DNA of 64,000 bases from Luteibacter sp. (GTDB lineage: Bacteria; Pseudomonadota; Gammaproteobacteria; Xanthomonadales; Rhodanobacteraceae). Under the pieces are notes generated by a model. The model was not told the origin of the DNA. It did no database searches and worked only from the letters and a program-made list of their open reading frames with translations. A program made the translations under genes and the position numbers. Every line of letters begins with the position of its first letter. Position 1 is the first letter of the stretch. Location: NCBI RefSeq assembly GCF_035539195.1, contig NZ_DATLIW010000006.1, positions 41,734-105,733 on the forward strand. Direction: 5' to 3'. Positions 36,353 to 46,184 of this stretch are shown here, in pieces.

Positions 36353-36514
36353 TTGTCGGGCTACGCCCCCGTAGAACGGTGTCTGCGATAGCGCTTCGCA
36401 CACGCGCTTGACGGATAACGCGGGCATGGCATTAACTCCGCCGGAGTGGCCCCTCGTCGATCCGTCAGGGTCGAAGCCAACACCTTTCATCAAGCCACCC
36501 AGGGAAGCGACTCC

Positions 36515-36895
36515 ATGAAAGCCCATGCCTCGATCGCGCTGCTTGCGTTGCTCATCATCCCCACCGTCGTCTCCGCGCAGTCCAGCGGATGCGACGCGAA
36601 GCGTCAGTCGATAGAAACCGAGATCGCCTACGCGCAGAACCACGACAACACGTCTCGCGTGCGGGGTCTGCAGACCGCGCTTGCGGAAGTGACGGCGCAT
36701 TGCACCGAAGCCTCCCTGCAAAGCGCTGCCAACAACAGGATCGCCAAAGCTCGGGACCACGTGACAGAGAAAGCGCACGAACTCCAGGAAGCCAAGGCGC
36801 AGGGCAAGAGCCCGAAGAAAATAGCGGACCGCCAGCGCAAGCTCGACCAGGCCCACGCGGATCTGGAACAGGCGCTGCTCGACGCGGGAGCGTGA
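36515..36895 (+). CDS. DUF1090 (YqjC-like) periplasmic protein
   Basis: From ORF 36446..36895(+), with the start at MKAHASIALLALLIIPTVVSA. The pattern is C-x-AKRQSIETEIAYAQNHDN..RVRGLQTAL.EV..HCT, followed by a Lys/Ala-rich helix typical of the family. Confidence 0.75.
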   Translation: MKAHASIALLALLIIPTVVSAQSSGCDAKRQSIETEIAYAQNHDNTSRVRGLQTALAEVTAHCTEASLQSAANNRIAKARDHVTEKAHELQEAKAQGKSPKKIADRQRKLDQAHADLEQALLDAGA

Positions 36896-38113
36896 TCAGG
36901 CCCCCGAAGGGGCGATCTCGCTCGCCTCGGAACGCTCCCGCAGGCTGACGAAGATCATCGCCGCTGCCACCAGCAACACCACGCCGGCGCCAACGAAAAC
37001 CCCGGATGCCCCGGCGCGATCGAACACGAGACCGCCAGCGGCCGCGCCCAGCGTGATAGCGAACTGCACCGCCGCCACGATCAGGCCACCGCCGCTCTCG
37101 GCTTCGTCGGGAACGGTCTTCGTGATCCAGGTGGTCCATGCCACCGGCACGGCGCCGAAGGCCATGCCCCACAGCGCGACGAGCAGCGCATCGGCGATCG
37201 GCGCACGACCCAGCGCCACCAGCGCGAGGGCAATCGCACTCATCGCCAGCGGCATCAGCAGCAAGGTCATCCGCAGGCTACGCTCGAGAACGAAGCCGGC
37301 AAGCGACGTGCCGATGAAGTTGGCGACGCCGAAGCCAAGCAGGATCACCGAAAGCCCGTTCACGCCCACGCCGGTCACCCCTTCGAGGAAGGGCCGCAGG
37401 TAGGTGAAGAAGGCGAAGTGCCCGGTGAACACCAGCAGCACCGAGATCATGCCCGCGCGCATCGCCGGGCGCTTCATGACATCGACCAGCGTACCCATGC
37501 GTGCCGAACCCGTCGGTGCCATCTTCGGCAGCACGACAAGCTGCCAGAAGAACGCCAGCACGCCGATCACCGTCGCGATCAGGAACACGTTGCGCCAGCC
37601 GATGAGATGACCGAAGTAACTACCCAGCGGCGCCGCGGCCACGGTGGCGACGGAGACGCCACTGAAGATGATCGACAGCGCTCGCGGGACCATCGCCTCG
37701 GGCACCAGGCGCATCGCGACAGCGGCGGACATCGTCCAGAAGCCGCCGATGGCGATGCCGAGCAGCACGCGACCGACCAGGACCAGCGAGAGCGTCGGCG
37801 CAAAGGCGACCAGCAGGTTCGAGGCAACCAGGAGGACCGAGAAGGAAAGCAGCACGATCCGTCGGTCGGTGTTACGGGTGAGCACCGAAATGAGCAGGCT
37901 GGTGACCAGGGCGACGGCCGCCGTCGCGGTGACGGTCTGCCCCGCCATGCCTTCGGTCACACCCAGGCTCGCCGCCATGGGGGTGAGCAGGCTCGCCGGC
38001 AGGAACTCGGCCGTAATCAGCGCGAAAACACCCAGGGTCACCGCGAAGACCGCGCCCCAGGCGGGCTGCTCCGTTACTGCCACCGTGTCACAGGTTTCCG
38101 CACAAGCCGACAT
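36896..38113 (-). CDS. MFS transporter (sugar/purine-nucleoside efflux-like, 12-TMS)
   Basis: From ORF 36896..38182(-), with the start at MSACAETCDTVAV (38113). It contains FLPASLLTPMAASLGVTEGMAGQ and 12 helices. It is divergent from an AraC regulator. Confidence 0.85.
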   Translation of the reverse strand: MSACAETCDTVAVTEQPAWGAVFAVTLGVFALITAEFLPASLLTPMAASLGVTEGMAGQTVTATAAVALVTSLLISVLTRNTDRRIVLLSFSVLLVASNLLVAFAPTLSLVLVGRVLLGIAIGGFWTMSAAVAMRLVPEAMVPRALSIIFSGVSVATVAAAPLGSYFGHLIGWRNVFLIATVIGVLAFFWQLVVLPKMAPTGSARMGTLVDVMKRPAMRAGMISVLLVFTGHFAFFTYLRPFLEGVTGVGVNGLSVILLGFGVANFIGTSLAGFVLERSLRMTLLLMPLAMSAIALALVALGRAPIADALLVALWGMAFGAVPVAWTTWITKTVPDEAESGGGLIVAAVQFAITLGAAAGGLVFDRAGASGVFVGAGVVLLVAAAMIFVSLRERSEASEIAPSGA

Positions 38114-38212
38114 GTCGCATTCCGTCCAACCAAGGAAAGTCAGCATGGTAGGCGCCCCAGGCCGGACGGTATATGATGGCAAATCCTTAATATTTGATCA
38201 TGCGTCCGGATC

Positions 38213-39172
38213 ATGCCCCTTCCTGCCTTTGCCGACGAATCCGACGCCGCGAGCGAACTGCTCCTGGGGATGCGTCTGGTCGGCGTGAACTACCGGCGCA
38301 TCGAACTGGCCCGGCCCTTCGGCGTCGGATTCAAGGGCGAACCCGGTCACGCGCAGTTTCACTTCATCGGCCGAGGCCCCGTGCTGCTGCGCACGCACAA
38401 CGACAGGTTGCTCCCGCTTGAAACCGGCGATGCCGTGCTGCTGCCGCAGGGTGGTCCGCACATGCTGCTCTCGTCGGCGGACGTGCCCTCGCGCGATGTC
38501 ACGGATTTCCTGACCACGCCGTTGTGCAACAGCGTCTCCGATATCCACCCCGAATGCGAAGCGACGGCGCGGGCAGCCGGCGCCCTGATCTTCAGCGGAT
38601 GCATGGAATTCGAACTGGGCGGTATGCAGCCGCTCGTCACGGCGATGCCCGAGGTGATGCTGGTCGGCACCCTGCTCGACCGCTACCCCGAGCTGCGTCC
38701 GATGCTCGATGCGATGGAGCGCGAGTCCTGTCACAGGCGTGCCGGTTTCGCCGGCATTCTCGCCCGACTGGCCGATGTCGTCTCCGCGATCATCGTCCGC
38801 GGCTGGGTGGAATCGGGCTGCGGCGACGCATCCGGCTGGTTGAAGGCATTGCGCGACCCGCGACTGGGCAAGGCGATCGTGGCCATGCACCGCGAACCGG
38901 GTCGCAACTGGACGGTGGCCGAACTCGCCGACGAAATGGGCAGCTCGCGTTCGGTGTTCGCCGAGCGCTTCCTCGCCGTCACCGGCATGACCCCGGTGCG
39001 CTACCTCACCGAACTGCGCATGCGCCTGGCCGCGCAATGGATCGGCCGGGACAGCGCGACGATCGAGAGCGTGGCTTTCCAGCTGGGCTACGGCTCCCTG
39101 GCGGCCTTCAGCCGCGCGTTCAAGCGGGTGATCGGGGAGCCGCCGGGAGCGGTGCGCCAGGCCGCCAGGTGA
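38213..39172 (+). CDS. AraC family transcriptional regulator (cupin-like N-domain)
   Basis: C-terminal dual HTH (WTVAELADEMGSSRSVFAERFLAVTGMTPVRYLTELRMRLAAQWI...SVAFQLGYGSLAAFSRAFKRVIG). Confidence 0.88.
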   Translation: MPLPAFADESDAASELLLGMRLVGVNYRRIELARPFGVGFKGEPGHAQFHFIGRGPVLLRTHNDRLLPLETGDAVLLPQGGPHMLLSSADVPSRDVTDFLTTPLCNSVSDIHPECEATARAAGALIFSGCMEFELGGMQPLVTAMPEVMLVGTLLDRYPELRPMLDAMERESCHRRAGFAGILARLADVVSAIIVRGWVESGCGDASGWLKALRDPRLGKAIVAMHREPGRNWTVAELADEMGSSRSVFAERFLAVTGMTPVRYLTELRMRLAAQWIGRDSATIESVAFQLGYGSLAAFSRAFKRVIGEPPGAVRQAAR

Positions 39173-39198
39173 TCGCCAGGGCTTGATAAGGGAGCGGC

Positions 39199-41364
39199 TC
39201 AGAGAAACCTGTAGTTGAACGTCACCGTGACACTGTTCGGTGGCGCGTAGTACAGGTTGCTGTACTGGTCGAGTACGAAGTACTTCCGGTTGAGCAGGTT
39301 GTCCGCATTGAGCTGCAGCGAGGCCTGCGGCGAGAACGCGTACTTCGCCATGGCACTTATCAGCATCACCGACGACTGGTTCACCGTCTGCGGGCCTTGC
39401 GGACCATCGACCGGCGTATGGCTGGCCGACTGCCAGTTGGCGCCGCCGCCGACGGTCACGTGACGCCAGCGACCCGGCAACGTGTATGTGGTGAAGAGAC
39501 GGACCAGGGTACGCGGCAAGGCGGTACGCAGTGCCGTACTCCTGCCATCGTCGCCCAGCCCCTTGATGTTGAAGTGCGACCAGCCCAGCGTGCCATTCCA
39601 CGTATCGGAAAGCTGGCCTGAGACTTCGGCCTCGAAGCCTCGCGACTTGGTGCCGTTGACCGGATAGTAGGCCTGCGTGCGTCCGTCCGGCAGGAACTCG
39701 CCGACGGCCGCCTCGGCCACGTTGTCCTGGCGGGTCTCGAAGAACGTGAGCGATGTATTCAACAGGCCACCGAAGTGACGGCCCTTGATACCGACCTCGC
39801 GGCTGCTGCCCGTCATCGGATCGAGGAAGCTGCCGTCGGCACGACGGTTGTCCTGCGGATCGAAGATTTCCGTGTAGCTGGCAAACGCCGAGTACGTCGG
39901 GTCGATCTCGTAGATCAGGCCGGCATACGGCATGGTCTTGCTTTCGTTCTGGTGGTAGGTGCCAGCGGATGCATCGTCGGTGTCGTTCTTCCAGCGCGCA
40001 TAGCGCGCGCCGGCGACGAGCTTGAGTGGATCGGCCAGCTGCAGGCGCGTCGCGACATACAGGCCGCTCTGTACCGTGCGTGCGATGTTCGCGCGGTCGC
40101 CCGTGGCCGCAAAATCGGGAAACGGGTAGTCGCCGTTCCAGGCGAGAAAATTGTCGATCGGTGCCAGATCGCCGTGGGCATGCTCGATCGAGTCCTTCGT
40201 ATAGTGCGAACCGCTCGCGCCGACGACCAGCTCATGCTCGCGTCCGAACGCCTCGAACGGGCCGGACGCGTACAGATCCAACATGTTCTGGCGACCGCGG
40301 TCGCGCCCCTGGTAAGCGTAGGGATCCACGCCGGCGCCGGTGTCGCGGTTGGGAAATCCATAGACATAGAACAGCTGCGAATCGCCCTGGGTCTCGCGGT
40401 GGCTGGCCATGGCATGTCCCTGCCAACCGCTGCCGAACTCATGCTTGAGATCGATGAAGGCCGTCTTCGTGGTGTTGGTCCAGCGCGTCCAGTCGGCCGC
40501 ACTGGTGAATCCGCGACGCCATGCGATGAAGCCGCCGTCGTCGTAGAACACCGGATACGAGCCCCAGGTCACGCCCTTGGGTTTGGATTTCTGCCAATCG
40601 AAGCCCACGCTCAGCGTCGTGCTCGCGTCCAGGTCGGCATCGACAACGCCGTAGAGCACATCCTTCTTGCTGCTGTAGCGGTCGAGATAAGCGTTCCCTT
40701 GCTCATGGGTGGCGACCACGCGGCCGCGCACGCTACCGGAAGCGTTCAGTGGCGAGGACACGTCCACCGATTCGCGCTGCGTGTTGTAAGAGCCGTAGCT
40801 GACGGTCGCGTCGGCCTGCAGTGTGTGGCTGTCCGCATGCTTGCGCACGAAATTGATCAGGGCAGACGGGCTACCTGCGCCACTGAGCAGGCCGGACGCA
40901 CCGCGAACCACTTCGATGCGATCGTAGATCGAGGTATCCAGGCTGCCATCCGCGGAGCTTGCGTTGATGCCGGGCGCGACGGGAACACCGTCGTAGGCCA
41001 TGTTCTCGATCGGAAAGCCGCGCGCGTAGAACACCACGCGCTCGCTGTCATACGCACTGGAGAACACACCTGTCGTACTGTCGAGTACGCGGCGAACGGA
41101 GGTGAGGTTCTGGTCTTCGATGCGCTGTTCGGTGATGACACTGACCGACTGCGGCGTATCCTGCAGCGAAAGCGGCAGCCGCGTCGCGACGGCCGTCTGC
41201 TCGACGGTGTAGTTCGACGTGCGCTGTCCCTGTACTTTCACCGCGTCGAGCGTGGTGGCGGTATCCGTGGTCACCGACTGTGCCTGCGCTGCGGCAGGTA
41301 AGAACAGAGCAAGGCCAATGGCCCGCGAAAGCAGCCGAGGACGGCTGGTACGACGTTCAAGCAT
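39199..41364 (-). CDS. TonB-dependent siderophore-type outer membrane receptor
   Basis: From ORF 39199..41397(-), with the start at MLERRTSRPRLL (41364). It has a signal peptide ending AAAQA|QS, a TonB-box-like TLDAVKV, plug motifs (RVEVVRGASGLLSGAGSPSALINFV) and a beta-barrel ending ...VTFNYRFL. Confidence 0.92.
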   Translation of the reverse strand: MLERRTSRPRLLSRAIGLALFLPAAAQAQSVTTDTATTLDAVKVQGQRTSNYTVEQTAVATRLPLSLQDTPQSVSVITEQRIEDQNLTSVRRVLDSTTGVFSSAYDSERVVFYARGFPIENMAYDGVPVAPGINASSADGSLDTSIYDRIEVVRGASGLLSGAGSPSALINFVRKHADSHTLQADATVSYGSYNTQRESVDVSSPLNASGSVRGRVVATHEQGNAYLDRYSSKKDVLYGVVDADLDASTTLSVGFDWQKSKPKGVTWGSYPVFYDDGGFIAWRRGFTSAADWTRWTNTTKTAFIDLKHEFGSGWQGHAMASHRETQGDSQLFYVYGFPNRDTGAGVDPYAYQGRDRGRQNMLDLYASGPFEAFGREHELVVGASGSHYTKDSIEHAHGDLAPIDNFLAWNGDYPFPDFAATGDRANIARTVQSGLYVATRLQLADPLKLVAGARYARWKNDTDDASAGTYHQNESKTMPYAGLIYEIDPTYSAFASYTEIFDPQDNRRADGSFLDPMTGSSREVGIKGRHFGGLLNTSLTFFETRQDNVAEAAVGEFLPDGRTQAYYPVNGTKSRGFEAEVSGQLSDTWNGTLGWSHFNIKGLGDDGRSTALRTALPRTLVRLFTTYTLPGRWRHVTVGGGANWQSASHTPVDGPQGPQTVNQSSVMLISAMAKYAFSPQASLQLNADNLLNRKYFVLDQYSNLYYAPPNSVTVTFNYRFL

Positions 41365-41506
41365 GGTTTGATGCCCCTGGGCGAGTGGCCTACGCAAGCG
41401 GGAGTCTCGCTTGCATGAAAGTCACGACGGGGGGCTGGCTTGACACGGCTGGCAGGTCGCTTCGCCGCGAAGTCTAGCAAATGCGAACTCGCACGTGTAG
41501 GCCGCA

Positions 41507-42354
41507 TCATCCTGGGACGAAGACCACCCTTGCCTTTCCGCTGTCGGCATCCCAGGCCGTCTGGACGTCCGAGAGCGGCAGCGCTCGCGTGGCAATCTTC
41601 AGGTTGGCGGGCATCGCCGCGGCAAAGACCTGCCCCGCGGCTGCAAGAAGATCCGGCAACGGAACGCTCTTGACGCCACTGCCCATCAGCACGATGGCCG
41701 ACGACCTCAGCGCCGCGCCCGGCAAGCGGATATCGCCGCCGCTGGCACTGCCCACCTGCACGAAACGCACCGGGCGCGCGTCGTCGACGGCTTTCGCAAT
41801 CGCGACGATGATCGTCTCGGCGCTCTTTCCCCACAGGTAATCGACAACCACGTCGATCCCTTCCTCGAACTGCTGCCGGAGCGCTGCCTCGAATCGCGAC
41901 ACGCCATCGGCATCGCTTCCGTCCAGTTGGAACGGAAGGACGATATCGGCGCCGATTGCCTCGACCGATGCCAGCGCCGCGGCGTCGCGAGCGGTCGCGA
42001 TGACCTTTCCCGCGCCGAGGTGCTTTGCCAGCTGCACGGCCAGCCGTCCCGCGATACCCGTCGCGCCGTTGATCAACACGGTATCGCCGCGCTTGAGCTG
42101 CGCACGGTAGACGAGCGCGGCCCACGCCGACATGCCCGGGTTTGCCAGTGCGGCGGCGGTAACGTCGTCGAGACCGTCCGGCACCGGAATGCAGAAGCCG
42201 GCACGTACGCGCGTGACCTCGCACGCGACCGGGTGAAGTGAGTGAGCGGCGAGGCGGTGACGGCGATCAGTTCCTCTCCCTCGACGGCGGCGGGAGCGTC
42301 GATATCGGCGAACACGGGCGGCTTACCCGCCTCGAACATGACGGCTGCCTTCAC
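41507..42354 (-). pseudogene. decayed zinc-type alcohol dehydrogenase / NADPH:quinone oxidoreductase gene (frameshift plus internal deletion)
   Basis: The N-terminal piece (GTG 42354; VKAAVMFEAGKPPVFADIDAPAAVEGEELIAVTASPLTHFTRS...) is in one frame. The C-terminal piece (..CIPVPDGLDDVTAAALANPGMSAWAAL...INGATGIAGRLAVQLAK...) is in another. VPDGL occurs at about codon 57 instead of about 120-130, so the catalytic-domain core is missing. Confidence 0.7.
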
Positions 42355-42371
42355 GATGCACCTCCAGTAAA

Positions 42372-42410
42372 TCTAACGTTGTTAGAGTTAATCTAACCGT
42401 GTTAGATTAA
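42372..42410. promoter_or_regulatory. two adjacent palindromic operators (TetR-type) in the divergent promoter region
   Basis: TCTAAC-GTT-GTTAGA (42372-42386) and TTAATCTAAC-CGT-GTTAGATTAA (42388-42410). Both are perfect and share the core TCTAAC-N3-GTTAGA. They lie 28 nt upstream of the TetR ATG. Confidence 0.55.
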
Positions 42411-42437
42411 CTTCGCAACCCCAGGCGGCAGGCCCGT

Positions 42438-43076
42438 ATGAAAGTGAATCGCGACATCATCGTGCAGGCCGCCCTTCGCCTTCTGGATGAAACCGGCCTG
42501 GAAGACCTCACGCTGCGCAAGCTGGCGCAGACGCTCGACATCCAGGCGCCCACGCTCTACTGGCACTTCAAGAGCAAGGACGCCCTGATCGACGAGATGG
42601 CGACGCTCGTCCTTGTCGATGGCGCGGCGAATCTCATGCCCGGCGAACCGTCGGACGACTGGCGGGTGTGGGTATCCTCGTTCGGGCAAGGCCTGCGTCG
42701 AACCCTGCTCGGTTACCGTGATGGCGGCAGGATGATCGCCGGTACCCGCCTCACCAACACGCTGTTCCAGGAAACCGCCGAGCGGATCGGTGGCCACCTT
42801 ACCCAGGCAGGGTTCACGACACGCCAGGCGGTCACGCTACTAAGCGCTGTCTACACCTTCACGGTGAGCTTCGCGATCGAGGAACAGGCGGTATTCCCCA
42901 GACCCGGCGAACGCTCGCCGGCGTACGACATCGACATGCGCAAGACGCATCTGGATCCCGACGCGTTCCCCCTGCTTCGAGAGGCCGGCGACGTCCTCTT
43001 CGACCGGTTCGACCAGCGCTTCGACGAAAGCATCGACCTGATGCTTCGCGGCGCGGCGACCTTGCTGCCGGGATAA
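42438..43076 (+). CDS. TetR family transcriptional repressor (TetR(A..)-class-like)
   Basis: N-terminal HTH (AALRLLDETGLEDLTLRKLAQTLDIQAPTLYWHFKSKDALIDEM) plus a TetR_C-like ligand domain. Confidence 0.9.
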   Translation: MKVNRDIIVQAALRLLDETGLEDLTLRKLAQTLDIQAPTLYWHFKSKDALIDEMATLVLVDGAANLMPGEPSDDWRVWVSSFGQGLRRTLLGYRDGGRMIAGTRLTNTLFQETAERIGGHLTQAGFTTRQAVTLLSAVYTFTVSFAIEEQAVFPRPGERSPAYDIDMRKTHLDPDAFPLLREAGDVLFDRFDQRFDESIDLMLRGAATLLPG

Positions 43077-43082
43077 GCCTCG

Positions 43083-43670
43083 ATGTCATCCCTGACGACG
43101 CTCCTCGACGATGTCCGCGCATGCACCTTGTGCGCTCCCCATCTGCCCCTCGGTCCCCGGCCGGTCGTGCAGATGTCGGCATCCTCGCGCATCCTCATCG
43201 CGGGCCAGGCGCCGGGGCGAAAAGTGCATGAGACCGGTATCCCGTTCAACGACGTCAGTGGCGACAGGCTGCGCCAGTGGCTGGGCCTGTCGCGGGAGGA
43301 CTTCTACGACCCGACCAAGCTGGCCATCCTCGGCATGGGCTTCTGCTTTCCCGGAACGGGCAAGTCCGGCGACCTGCCGCCACGCCCCGAGTGCGCGCCG
43401 ACATGGCGGGCCCCGTTGCTCGCGCACCTGAAGAACGTGCGGCTGACGCTGGTCCTCGGCCACTATGCGATGGCGTACCACCTGCCCGGCCGGGGCAAGA
43501 CGCTCACCGATGTCGTTACCGGATGGCGGCGCGACTGGCCGTCGATCGTTCCGCTTCCGCACCCCAGCCCGCGCAACCAGGCGTGGCTGAAGCGCAATCC
43601 GTGGTTCGAGCGCGACCTGCTCCCGGTGCTTCGCTCGAGGGTTGCCGAGGTGCTACGCGACGGCGACTGA
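43083..43670 (+). CDS. uracil-DNA glycosylase superfamily protein
   Basis: CTLC near the N-terminus, motif A-like IAGQAPG and motif B-like LPHPSPRNQAW. 195 aa. Confidence 0.85.
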   Translation: MSSLTTLLDDVRACTLCAPHLPLGPRPVVQMSASSRILIAGQAPGRKVHETGIPFNDVSGDRLRQWLGLSREDFYDPTKLAILGMGFCFPGTGKSGDLPPRPECAPTWRAPLLAHLKNVRLTLVLGHYAMAYHLPGRGKTLTDVVTGWRRDWPSIVPLPHPSPRNQAWLKRNPWFERDLLPVLRSRVAEVLRDGD

Positions 43671-43679
43671 TACGACGCC

Positions 43680-46109
43680 TCACGCCTGAAACAGGCTGAT
43701 CTGCGCCGTGGTGAGGTTCGCGAAGCTGTCGCCCAAGGGCCCGAGGATCGCATCGGCGATCGGCTGCAGCTGGCTGGTCAGGTAATGCTCGTAGTCGATC
43801 CGGGATTCGCGCGCCTCGAGCGGTTCGGGTCCGTTTCGCGTCATCACATAGCTGATCCATCCGCCGTTCTGGTACTGGCGTGGACGCTGGTTACGCACGT
43901 TGTAATCGTCGGCCATCCGCGCCGCCCGTACCTGCGGCGGCGTATTGCTCCGGTAGTCGGCGAGCTTGCCGCGAAGTCGCTTGCGATAGACGAGGAGGTC
44001 GTCGAACTCACCGGCAAGCAGGCTGCGCGTGTACTCGCGGACGAAGTCGGCATAGGGCTGCTCCTTGAAGATGCGCAGGTACAGCGCCTGCTGGAACGTC
44101 TGCGCCAGCGGGGTCCAGTCGCTGCGTACGGTTTCCAGCCCGCGATAGACGACCTCTTCTGCGCCATCGTCGGAGATCACCAGTCCGGCATAGCGCTTCT
44201 TGCTGCCGAGCTCGCTACCGCGAATGGTGGGCATGAAGAAGCGCTGGTAGTGCGTATCGAATTCGATCTCGAGTTCACTCTTCAGGCCAAGCGTGTCGGC
44301 CAGGTGTTCGCGCCACCACCGGTTCACGCGCTCCACCAGATGATCCGCAATGGCGGTCGCCTCGGCCTCGCTGCGGCGCTGCTTCAGCCAGATGAAGATC
44401 GAGTCGGTATCGCCGTAGATGACGTCGTAGCCTTCGGCTTCGACCAGCTCGCGCGTGCGCCGCATCACATCATGACCACGCAGGGTGACCGCCGAGACCA
44501 GTTCCGGATCGAAGAAGCGGCAGTTGGGTGCACCGAGCACACCGACGAACGAGTTCATCAGCAGCTTCAGCGACTGGCTCTGCGCCTGGTTGCCCTGTCG
44601 TTTCGCCTCGTCGCGACGCTCCCATAGTTGGGTGACGATGGCCGGCAGGCAATGCCTGGTACGCGAGAAGAAACGTCCGTGCACGCCGGGCACGGCGGCC
44701 GCGGCCGACGTGTCCAGGGCGCCTTCGGCGAGCCCGACGGGATCGACCAGGAAGGTTCGGATGATCGACGGGTAAAGGCTCTTGAAGTCCAGCACCAGCA
44801 CCGAGTCGTACAACCCGGGGCGGGAATTCATGACGAAACCGCCGGGGAACGCCTTCTCGGCGATGTCGCCGACATTCGGCGCCACGTAGCCTTCGCGGTG
44901 CATGCGCGGCAGGTATTGGTGATCGAACGCGGCGATGGAACCACCGAAGTGATCGGCCTGCAGGCCGGTGACATGCGCTCGTTCGAGCATGAAGTCGAAG
45001 AGCTTCGCCTTGGCGAATATCCGTGTGACGAGCTCGCAGTCCTTGAGGTTGTAGCGCGCCAGGGCAACTTTATCTTCGTGGAAGCGACGCTCGATCTCGG
45101 CCATCCGGTGGTAGGGATCGTCGATCGACTTACCCTCGCCGAGCATCGTCTGCGCGACGTTTTCGAGGCTATAGGACGAGAAGCTCCACTGTGCGGAACG
45201 GACCGCTTCGATGCCGTCGATGACCAGGCGCCCGGCCATGGGGGCAAACAGGAAGCCCTCGCGCCGGGAATGACCGCGCCACTCGATGGGCTGCGCGCCG
45301 CGCCCCAGCAGCAGCGGGATGCCGTACTTGTCCGCGTGCGCCTGGAGAAGGCGAAGGTCGAACTGGACGAGGCTCCAGCCGATGAGGGCATCCGGGTCGT
45401 GCTCGACGAACCAGGCGTTCAGCCAGTGAATGACCTGCGCGGGATCGGAAACGTATGTCAGTTCGAAGTCGTCCGGCGGCGTGTCGTCCATGCCGGCCTC
45501 GCCAAGCATGATCACCTGCCGCTGCCCGCAGCCTTCCAGCGCCAGCGAATAAAGATCGCCTTCGGCACTCGTCTCGATATCCAGCGACACCACGCGCAAC
45601 GACGGCCGGTAATCGGCGACAGGCCTGAGCTTGGGATCGAGAATGACGTCGCCCTCTTCCGCGCCACCTTCGAGGGTGACGGCTGCGGTGATGAAGCGCT
45701 CCATCATGTAGCGCTCGGGGGGACGTATGTCGGCCTCGTACAAAGGGATGCCGCGATCCCTCAGTCGCTTCTCGAGCAGGATCATCTGCCTGTGACTTCG
45801 CGCGTAGAGGCCGAGCACGGGCTCCTGGGCGAACGTTTTCAGTGGCAGTGGACGTATGTCCACCGAGCCGATCCTGCGAGCGACGCCTTCGATATCCGCT
45901 TGCTGCGATGCCCTGGCGAAGGCCACGGACTGCTGCGCGGTGATGACGACACGCTTCGGCCCTTTGTCGGTCGCCAGCCAGAACTCGACGTCGGTCCCGT
46001 GCCCCGTGTCCCGCCAATGGCGGGTAAGGATGAAACCCTGTCGGGTCGGGGACGTCACTGCGGTATCCTGCGGGTCGGCTGAAGCGTGAATTGTGCCATC
46101 CAGGGACAT
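43680..46109 (-). CDS. polB: DNA polymerase II (family B)
   Basis: QGFILTRHWRDTGHGTDVEFWLATDKGP matches the Pol II N-terminus. The exo motif is SLDIETS and the pol motifs are VLDFKSLYPSIIRTF, KLLMNSFVG and VIYGDTDSIFIW. The start is at 46109 (MSLDG) or 46130. Confidence 0.93.
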   Translation of the reverse strand: MSLDGTIHASADPQDTAVTSPTRQGFILTRHWRDTGHGTDVEFWLATDKGPKRVVITAQQSVAFARASQQADIEGVARRIGSVDIRPLPLKTFAQEPVLGLYARSHRQMILLEKRLRDRGIPLYEADIRPPERYMMERFITAAVTLEGGAEEGDVILDPKLRPVADYRPSLRVVSLDIETSAEGDLYSLALEGCGQRQVIMLGEAGMDDTPPDDFELTYVSDPAQVIHWLNAWFVEHDPDALIGWSLVQFDLRLLQAHADKYGIPLLLGRGAQPIEWRGHSRREGFLFAPMAGRLVIDGIEAVRSAQWSFSSYSLENVAQTMLGEGKSIDDPYHRMAEIERRFHEDKVALARYNLKDCELVTRIFAKAKLFDFMLERAHVTGLQADHFGGSIAAFDHQYLPRMHREGYVAPNVGDIAEKAFPGGFVMNSRPGLYDSVLVLDFKSLYPSIIRTFLVDPVGLAEGALDTSAAAAVPGVHGRFFSRTRHCLPAIVTQLWERRDEAKRQGNQAQSQSLKLLMNSFVGVLGAPNCRFFDPELVSAVTLRGHDVMRRTRELVEAEGYDVIYGDTDSIFIWLKQRRSEAEATAIADHLVERVNRWWREHLADTLGLKSELEIEFDTHYQRFFMPTIRGSELGSKKRYAGLVISDDGAEEVVYRGLETVRSDWTPLAQTFQQALYLRIFKEQPYADFVREYTRSLLAGEFDDLLVYRKRLRGKLADYRSNTPPQVRAARMADDYNVRNQRPRQYQNGGWISYVMTRNGPEPLEARESRIDYEHYLTSQLQPIADAILGPLGDSFANLTTAQISLFQA

Positions 46110-46184
46110 GGTATAGATCCAAACGTTCAAGACACGACCGCTGCTTCGGCGAATAGTCCTCCGTCTTCAAACAAGGCCCACGCT

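Noticed and set aside
41365-41506. Fur box upstream of the TonB-dependent receptor (candidate GCAAATGCGAACTCGCA, containing the palindrome TGCGA-AC-TCGCA).
   Set aside because: The match to the GATAATGATAATCATTATC consensus is poor in any register. It is kept only as an unexplained short palindrome.
41271-42224. 317-aa minus-strand ORF spanning the receptor upstream region and the dehydrogenase pseudogene.
   Set aside because: An extremely Arg-rich out-of-frame shadow of the dehydrogenase Rossmann domain. The in-frame homologous pieces explain the region.
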